This document shows positions 26,407 to 31,919 of a stretch of 31,919 nucleotides of DNA, in pieces. The DNA lies in the IMG/VR virus record IMGVR_UViG_3300021182_000057, positions 1 through 31,919 of that record; one strand, written 5' to 3'. The notes below the pieces were generated by a model. It was not told the origin of the DNA. It ran no database searches and saw only the letters and a list, made by a program, of their open reading frames with translations. The position numbers and the translations under genes are program-made. How positions within the stretch are numbered: position 1 is the first letter of the stretch; each line of letters starts with the position of its first letter. The DNA is from a virus (taxonomy: Duplodnaviria; Caudoviricetes).

Positions 26407-26419
26407 CACGAAAGAGATC

Positions 26420-26435
26420 AGTCCAACGTTGGACA
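26420..26435. promoter_or_regulatory. 16-bp palindromic site, copy 7
   Basis: AGTCCAACGTTGGACA, 13 nt downstream of the -10 box. Confidence 0.75.
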
Positions 26436-26451
26436 ATAAGGAGAGACGACA

Positions 26452-28317
26452 TTGAGCGCACCATCGCATCCCGAACAGAGTACGGAAGTAACCGCGTCGC
26501 AGTCATCCGTCGAAGTTCCGATTGAGGTACTCCGCTACAAAGAGGAACTCGCTTCCAAAATGGGGCTTCCTAGCCCCTACGGCATGAGCCTACTGAAGCA
26601 ATACTGTGAGGACCTCGTAGCCTCCGGCATGGTCCCATCGTACTTCAACAAGAACCCCATGGCCGTATACACCGCCGCCATGCGCGGGCGGGAGATGGGC
26701 CTAGATCCCACCGAATCCATCATGGAGACTTTCTGGCCTGCCCCAGGCGGAAAGTTAGGCATCTACGCGAATAAACTTCTAGACTTGCTCCATCGGGGCG
26801 GAGTCACAAGCAAGTTCATCTGCGAGACAAGGGAGCGCTGTGAGATCCTCTTTACGCCTCCAAACAAACACGAGCCCTACACGGCCGTGTTCGACTTTTC
26901 CGAAGCTGTTTCGGCCGGTCTGGTGAAGCCCGACGGAAACTACAAGAAATGGCCGTCCGATATGTGCAAGGCCCGCGCCATTGCTCGCGGAGCAAGAGCG
27001 CTTATCGGGACCTATAAGGGATCGGCTAATATTTACGTGAAGGAGGAGTTGGAGGATCTCGACTCCCCATCCGACACCGCCGAGTCCGACCGGAATCGCG
27101 CCGATACCATCGCAGCGCGGGAGGATATGAAGGTCGCCCTCAAGCCAAAAGCGGAAAAGAGACCCGCTAAATCCGAGGTGGTCGAGATCAAGTACCAGCC
27201 AGAGAATCCGACAACTGAAGCGCCAGCGGAGCCCAATACTCCCGTCCCACCCGCAGAGGCTACTCACACCGAAGAAACCCCGGAGGGGGATGCCGCGAGG
27301 CAACCCCAGAATCAGGAGCCGACAAAGTATGTCATCCATCGAGTGTTTTCGACTGGCAATGACAAGGAACGAGTGTTACCAACCGAAGAGTTGCCCGACT
27401 CACGGGAAGAAATGGCTAGTATCAGGGCGCAGGCACTCGCGAATGAAAACAGCGCCTCATTCATCGTTTTCGAAGTGAGCGGATCTGGGGGGCCTCGGCA
27501 AGTGGGCCGGTTCGATCCCCCGAAGCCCATCAAGCACCCCGATAAGCCCCGAGGGAACCCAGTAGCTGATTCGGCGGGATCAACCCCCACTCAAGACAAC
27601 CAGACCACCCAAGAAGAGCATGTTTTGGACCCAAGAAAGGCCCTGATTGATCGGCTCACCCCTCTGTCTGCCTCTCTGAATCTGAATGGAAAGACGGCCA
27701 TGGCGAGATTTCGTGCTTTCTTTTCTGGCTATTTTGGGTTGGGACTTTCAGAACTTCCGAAAAATCCGGCTGACTATACAGTAGCCATTGAGGAACTGGA
27801 AGCGTGCATTAGCGGGGATGCGCTGGAATTCAGCGCCGGGCCGGAAGAGGCCGGCAAGCGGAGGGCATCTTGGGCGCGAGAAACGCGCGGAAATCTGGAA
27901 GCGCAATGGCCGAACGACCCAAAGAATGTGTCTCTTGGAGTCACCTTGGCTCGCCGCTGGATGCTTTCCCCGCAGAATTTCATGAACTGGATGGGGCAGA
28001 AAGTAATCGGCCTCACGATCATGCCGCCAGAAGACGCAAACGCTTATATGCGACTCATGCTTGCGACCCCTGTCAGCCGTGACGGAGGGAAACTGCTTAC
28101 GTGCTGCCGGAAACACGACATCTCGATGGCGAAAGCGGTAGAGCAAATAGAATCCAGGGCGCTCAATGGGGCACTGGAACTATCGCAGGAGAAGGCCGTC
28201 CAGAACGCGATCGACGCTTGGATCTTGAACGTTAAGGAGTACGTTGGGAATTCTTCCGGCGCCGCCCAAGGTCCAGCGGCTAAGGAAGAGGATGGGCTGT
28301 TCGACGATTTGGTGTAG
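26452..28317 (+). CDS. RecT-like single-strand annealing protein with a long C-terminal extension
   Basis: ASGMVP...GREMGLDP...AGLVK...YKKWPSDMCKARAIARGAR; acidic tail EDGLFDDLV. Confidence 0.7.
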   Translation: MSAPSHPEQSTEVTASQSSVEVPIEVLRYKEELASKMGLPSPYGMSLLKQYCEDLVASGMVPSYFNKNPMAVYTAAMRGREMGLDPTESIMETFWPAPGGKLGIYANKLLDLLHRGGVTSKFICETRERCEILFTPPNKHEPYTAVFDFSEAVSAGLVKPDGNYKKWPSDMCKARAIARGARALIGTYKGSANIYVKEELEDLDSPSDTAESDRNRADTIAAREDMKVALKPKAEKRPAKSEVVEIKYQPENPTTEAPAEPNTPVPPAEATHTEETPEGDAARQPQNQEPTKYVIHRVFSTGNDKERVLPTEELPDSREEMASIRAQALANENSASFIVFEVSGSGGPRQVGRFDPPKPIKHPDKPRGNPVADSAGSTPTQDNQTTQEEHVLDPRKALIDRLTPLSASLNLNGKTAMARFRAFFSGYFGLGLSELPKNPADYTVAIEELEACISGDALEFSAGPEEAGKRRASWARETRGNLEAQWPNDPKNVSLGVTLARRWMLSPQNFMNWMGQKVIGLTIMPPEDANAYMRLMLATPVSRDGGKLLTCCRKHDISMAKAVEQIESRALNGALELSQEKAVQNAIDAWILNVKEYVGNSSGAAQGPAAKEEDGLFDDLV

Positions 28318-28322
28318 AGGCG

Positions 28323-28988
28323 ATGCCTATTCTAACATTCGACGAAGAGACCCACGCTTACCGACTCGATGGTCGATGGATTCCCGGATGCACGCGCATC
28401 CTGTCCGACATGGGATACGTAAGGGGGGCGGAGTATTTCACCGAAGAGTCCCGAGTCCGAGGCCGGCAGATCCACAGGGCATGTCACCTTGTGGATCTGC
28501 ATGCCCCGGAAGCGGAGACTCTCGAAGAGGTCCTAGACGTGATGGATCTCGGGACAACCATTCAACCATACGTGGCTGGATGGCTGTGGTTCAAGAGATC
28601 GACAGGGTTTGTCCCGGTCGGCCACGAGACGCCGCTCTACTTGGCAGACATGAACGTGGCCGGCACGCCGGACGTGTGGGGCTACTTCAGGTCAAACGCG
28701 AGAAGAACCGTGGTTGATCTGAAAAGTTGGAAGAGTCAGGGACCTAAGCCGAAGCGGGCATCCGAGTTACAAGTTAATGGCGGATACAAGCCCATGCTTC
28801 GACAGGCCGGATTCGACGCTCAGGATGCGGTGGTTGTGAAACTTCCTGGCGACGGGAGTTTTCGCCAATACCCATGCACAAACCCGCTGGACGAGGCTAT
28901 TTTTCGGTCATGCTGTTTTGTTTGGCATGACCGCGCTAACAACAAACTGATTGACGGTCTTGAGGGGCCGTCCGAAGTGGAGAACTAA
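28323..28988 (+). CDS. PD-(D/E)XK exonuclease (phage recombination nuclease-like)
   Basis: FDEETHAY...PGCTRIL, RGRQIH, AGTPD...VVDLKS, LQVNGGY. Confidence 0.8.
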   Translation: MPILTFDEETHAYRLDGRWIPGCTRILSDMGYVRGAEYFTEESRVRGRQIHRACHLVDLHAPEAETLEEVLDVMDLGTTIQPYVAGWLWFKRSTGFVPVGHETPLYLADMNVAGTPDVWGYFRSNARRTVVDLKSWKSQGPKPKRASELQVNGGYKPMLRQAGFDAQDAVVVKLPGDGSFRQYPCTNPLDEAIFRSCCFVWHDRANNKLIDGLEGPSEVEN

Positions 28989-29782
28989 TGCCAACGAATT
29001 CCACAGCCATCGTTCCATTCTCTGCCGCAACACTGAAGACGCAAGCTAAGCAGGTGAGCGTGCTTTTGGACGTGGATGTCCCCGCCCTGCAACTGGAGGT
29101 GGACAGTTATACAAATGGTCTTGCGACCATGCAGGTGCAGGCCAAAAATTTCAAGATATCCGACGACCAGGCCTACGCCGACGCCATGCAGTTAATGCGA
29201 ATAGCCCAAGAGCGGGAATCTGGACTTACAGAGGTGTGGAAGCGGTTCAAGGACGTAATCAACCCAGCGCGCAATACCATCCTTGAGTTGGAGCACTCCA
29301 CGGTAGACCCATTCACGGCTATCAAAAAAACCCTACAGTGGAAGGGAGAGAAGTATCTGAACGACAAGGCATACGCCAAAAAGCAGGCCGAGTCCGCATT
29401 TGCCAGAATCGCCGAAGAGGCCCGGCTGCGGCTTAACCAAGAAGCCGATGATCTGATGGCGCGCGGCCGTGTGACTGAGGCACAAGCCAAAACGTACGAG
29501 TCCGCTATCACTGTAACCCCCACCCTCCCCAACGCCGTGCCGACCGTATCCGACGCCAAGGTAGGGACGAGATCCACCGGATCTGTCACGGACCTCATAG
29601 CCTTTGCGAAAGCCATCGTAGAGGGACAAGTAGACCTCATGCAGGAGGTCAAACCAGGAGATTCCAGGCCGATTCTGATTGTGGATCAAGTCGTCCTCAA
29701 CGCGGTCGTATCCCGCCATCTGGACGGGTTGAACTGGCCCGGAATTACCGTCACTTTCAGCGCCAAGATATCATCCCGGTAG
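28988..29782 (+). CDS. Coiled-coil protein of the recombination module
   Basis: TAATG coupling; long helical region and a C-terminal WPGI motif. Confidence 0.65.
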   Translation: MPTNSTAIVPFSAATLKTQAKQVSVLLDVDVPALQLEVDSYTNGLATMQVQAKNFKISDDQAYADAMQLMRIAQERESGLTEVWKRFKDVINPARNTILELEHSTVDPFTAIKKTLQWKGEKYLNDKAYAKKQAESAFARIAEEARLRLNQEADDLMARGRVTEAQAKTYESAITVTPTLPNAVPTVSDAKVGTRSTGSVTDLIAFAKAIVEGQVDLMQEVKPGDSRPILIVDQVVLNAVVSRHLDGLNWPGITVTFSAKISSR

Positions 29783-29799
29783 CCACTCCTTTGAGTGGC

Positions 29800-30066
29800 A
29801 TGAATAGGAGTAGCAACGTGATAATTTACACCGAAGATCGCTTCCAGAATCCCAGTTCGAACGTGAAGCAGTTGGGCTATGACCGTGGCACCCAAACCGT
29901 CAGAGTTTCGTTCAAAAATAAAACTGGCTCGATCACGGCGGAATGGGACTATTGGCCAGTCCCGGAAGACCACTTCCTGAACGACATCATGGATGCCCCA
30001 TCCGTAGGAGTGGCTGTCAACCAGTACCTCATCAAGAGCACATGCGAACGGATAAAAGTTCGGTAG
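29800..30066 (+). CDS. KTSC-domain-like protein
   Basis: SSNVKQLGYD...VSFKN...YWPVP...APSVG...NQYL. Confidence 0.7.
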   Translation: MNRSSNVIIYTEDRFQNPSSNVKQLGYDRGTQTVRVSFKNKTGSITAEWDYWPVPEDHFLNDIMDAPSVGVAVNQYLIKSTCERIKVR

Positions 30067-30082
30067 TAAAAATAATAATTCC

Positions 30083-30147
30083 ATGATTTGCATACTTTAT
30101 CGCGGGATTTGGGCGAGCGGGGCGAGTTTGGCGAGTTGGGTGAGTTG
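30083..30147 (+). repeat. Head + 9-mer array element, copy 2 (5 units)
   Basis: Same 25-bp head followed by a short array. Confidence 0.92.
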
Positions 30148-30156
30148 GTAGACCTT

Positions 30157-30306
30157 ATGATTTGCATACTTTATCGCGGGAGTTGGGCGAGCCGGGCGAG
30201 CTTGGCGAGCTTGGCGAGCGGGGCGAGTTGGGCGAGCAGGGCGAGCAGGGCGAGCAGGGCGAGCAGGGCGAGTTGGGCGAGCGGGGCGAGTTGGGCGAGC
30301 AGGGCG
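30157..30306 (+). repeat. Head + 9-mer array element, copy 3 (14 units)
   Basis: Same head, different order of units. Confidence 0.95.
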
Positions 30307-30404
30307 GTATCACGGTCCCTATGCTATACCGATGGTTCGTATAAGTAGTCCTTATGTTTATCTCCATCTTATTGTTGGTGATATTATTCGTATAGGAGGA
30401 ACTG

Positions 30405-30689
30405 ATGGAAGGACTTTCGATTGGACGGATCGTCAACTATTCAATCCATGAATCGGACCTGAACGAAACCCAGAAGTCGCACGTTGGGGAGGTCATCGCG
30501 GCATTGGTGGTTAAGGTCTGTAACGAAGACGGGATTGTCAACCTGACCCTGTTCCCGGACTGGTCTAATAGCGGATTCCTCACGTATGGGAGCGCCACTC
30601 CGCAACCACTGGGGATTTCATGGAAGACCTCTGTCGAGTACTCCGAGGATCATTCTCCCGGCAAGTGGTCGTGGCCGTTGAGGAAATAA
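30405..30689 (+). CDS. Small phage protein (SIGRIVNY...WSWP)
   Basis: AGGAGG SD; motif type common in phage late regions. Confidence 0.7.
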   Translation: MEGLSIGRIVNYSIHESDLNETQKSHVGEVIAALVVKVCNEDGIVNLTLFPDWSNSGFLTYGSATPQPLGISWKTSVEYSEDHSPGKWSWPLRK

Positions 30690-30692
30690 ACT

Positions 30693-31856
30693 ATGTCTCT
30701 TTCTCTTTGGGATGCACGCGGACAGGTTCGGGAAATATGCCCACGCCCCGAGTCCCTTGTCACGACGGTGTTGAACCGTAGAATTCGGAATGTCATCGAT
30801 ACCCGTACGTGGTCCGATCTGATCCGAATGGGTATGATCGTCATACCGCAGCAGTACACCACGGGGACGGTAAGCCTTACTTCTGGCTCTAACCAAGTGA
30901 TCGGAGTCGGTACAGCGTGGCCGGTAAATGACGCCGTTAATACGGTTATCGCTTCCCCCATTGTGGATTCTCCAGGAGTTGTCGAGATCCAGCCGGCATC
31001 ATTATCCGGGATCACGCAGGGGTCTTATCTGCTGCTGGACCAGGAAACACCAGGGGCAACCGAGATCATCAGTGTTCAGGGAATAAGGGGAAGCAGGTTT
31101 ATCGCGTACTGCCAAAATCAGCACGCGTCTGGTCTCTCTCTTCAGAGGTCTAGCTTGTCCGGGCTTCAATTTGGCACGGGAAATTACGTTCCTACAGTGC
31201 AGGCCGTGACGTCTCCGACTACCCTCCAAGTGGATATGCCCTACGGTGGCGTGGCGCAGAATGCAATCTCGTACCAGATTTACATGCTCTACGTGAAGCC
31301 TTCCCCGTCTGGATCGACGATTCCAAGTTCTACCGCTCGAAGGATGCTCTACGCCTACGACGCCATAGCAGGCAACCCAATTGGAACGGACAAGACATGG
31401 GACTGGATAATGCTCGCCGATCCACAACTTCAGAACACGGGAGATCCTGAGGAGTTGGTGAGCACTCCGCACGATGCGGGTGGCGCGATGCAGTGGACCT
31501 TATGGCCTATCCAGACCGGACCCTACGCGATTGGGGTGATCTACCAGGACGGATGGCCGACGCTAAAACAGCCGAATGATCTCCTGCCGCCATTCATTAA
31601 CCCAGAGGTTTTCATCGCGGGAGCTATCGCGGACTGTATGCGCGCTACCGTGATTTCGAACGATCGGCAAAAGGACCCTTACCATGATCCACAGGGGGCG
31701 GCGTATTGGGACAAGGAGTACCTAGCACTGCTTGAGGCGGCAACGCAGAGCGACCAAGGGAGGTGGATGACCAATTTGAAGTCGTATGAGGAGCAGATGG
31801 CCGCGTTCTCCCCAGATTACAACTGGGCGAGAGCCCATGCGGTCATGGCACCGTAA
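30693..31856 (+). CDS. Putative head-tail adaptor / tail tubular protein with an inserted beta domain
   Basis: N-terminal helices...TWSDL, YTTGTVSLTSGSNQVIGVGTAW, LWP, C-terminal helix YWDKEYLALL. Confidence 0.55.
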   Translation: MSLSLWDARGQVREICPRPESLVTTVLNRRIRNVIDTRTWSDLIRMGMIVIPQQYTTGTVSLTSGSNQVIGVGTAWPVNDAVNTVIASPIVDSPGVVEIQPASLSGITQGSYLLLDQETPGATEIISVQGIRGSRFIAYCQNQHASGLSLQRSSLSGLQFGTGNYVPTVQAVTSPTTLQVDMPYGGVAQNAISYQIYMLYVKPSPSGSTIPSSTARRMLYAYDAIAGNPIGTDKTWDWIMLADPQLQNTGDPEELVSTPHDAGGAMQWTLWPIQTGPYAIGVIYQDGWPTLKQPNDLLPPFINPEVFIAGAIADCMRATVISNDRQKDPYHDPQGAAYWDKEYLALLEAATQSDQGRWMTNLKSYEEQMAAFSPDYNWARAHAVMAP

Positions 31857-31864
31857 GTATTCCC

Positions 31865-31919
31865 ATGATTTGCATACTTTATCGCGGGAGTTGGGCGAGC
31901 GGGGCGAGCCGGGCGAGCA
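31865..31919 (+). repeat. Head + 9-mer array element, copy 4 (truncated by the window end)
   Basis: Same head 8 nt after a stop codon; array runs off the end. Confidence 0.92.

Noticed and set aside
28323-28988. Cas4 assignment for the PD-(D/E)XK nuclease
   Set aside because: No clear four-Cys Fe-S arrangement and no CRISPR context; adjacency to a RecT-like gene favours a recombination exonuclease

Overview
This window is a segment of a tailed dsDNA phage (or prophage) genome, almost all on the + strand. Gene order: a cluster of small early genes; a DUF5131 (Gp37/Gp68-like) gene invaded twice by HNH endonucleases; a ParB-like HTH protein; small and large terminase; FmdB-like zinc ribbon; portal; scaffold; a major capsid protein split by an ORF-less group I intron next to a free-standing endonuclease-VII-family gene; Ser/Thr-rich virion proteins; a four-gene glycosyltransferase cluster; a RecT-like/exonuclease recombination module; and a putative head-tail adaptor. 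Signals the gene list does not explain: (1) a 16-bp parS-like palindrome (ideal form AGTCCAACGTTGGACT) found 7 times, including just downstream of the ParB-like gene's own promoter; (2) four co-oriented elements, each an identical 25-bp head plus a variable tandem array of 9-bp GGCGAGNNN units; (3) a complete HNH gene nested in the +1 frame inside DUF5131 while the host frame stays open; (4) three tiny protamine-like ORFs around the portal; (5) repeated leaderless sigma70-type promoters. All calls were made by eye from motifs and context; no database searches were run.
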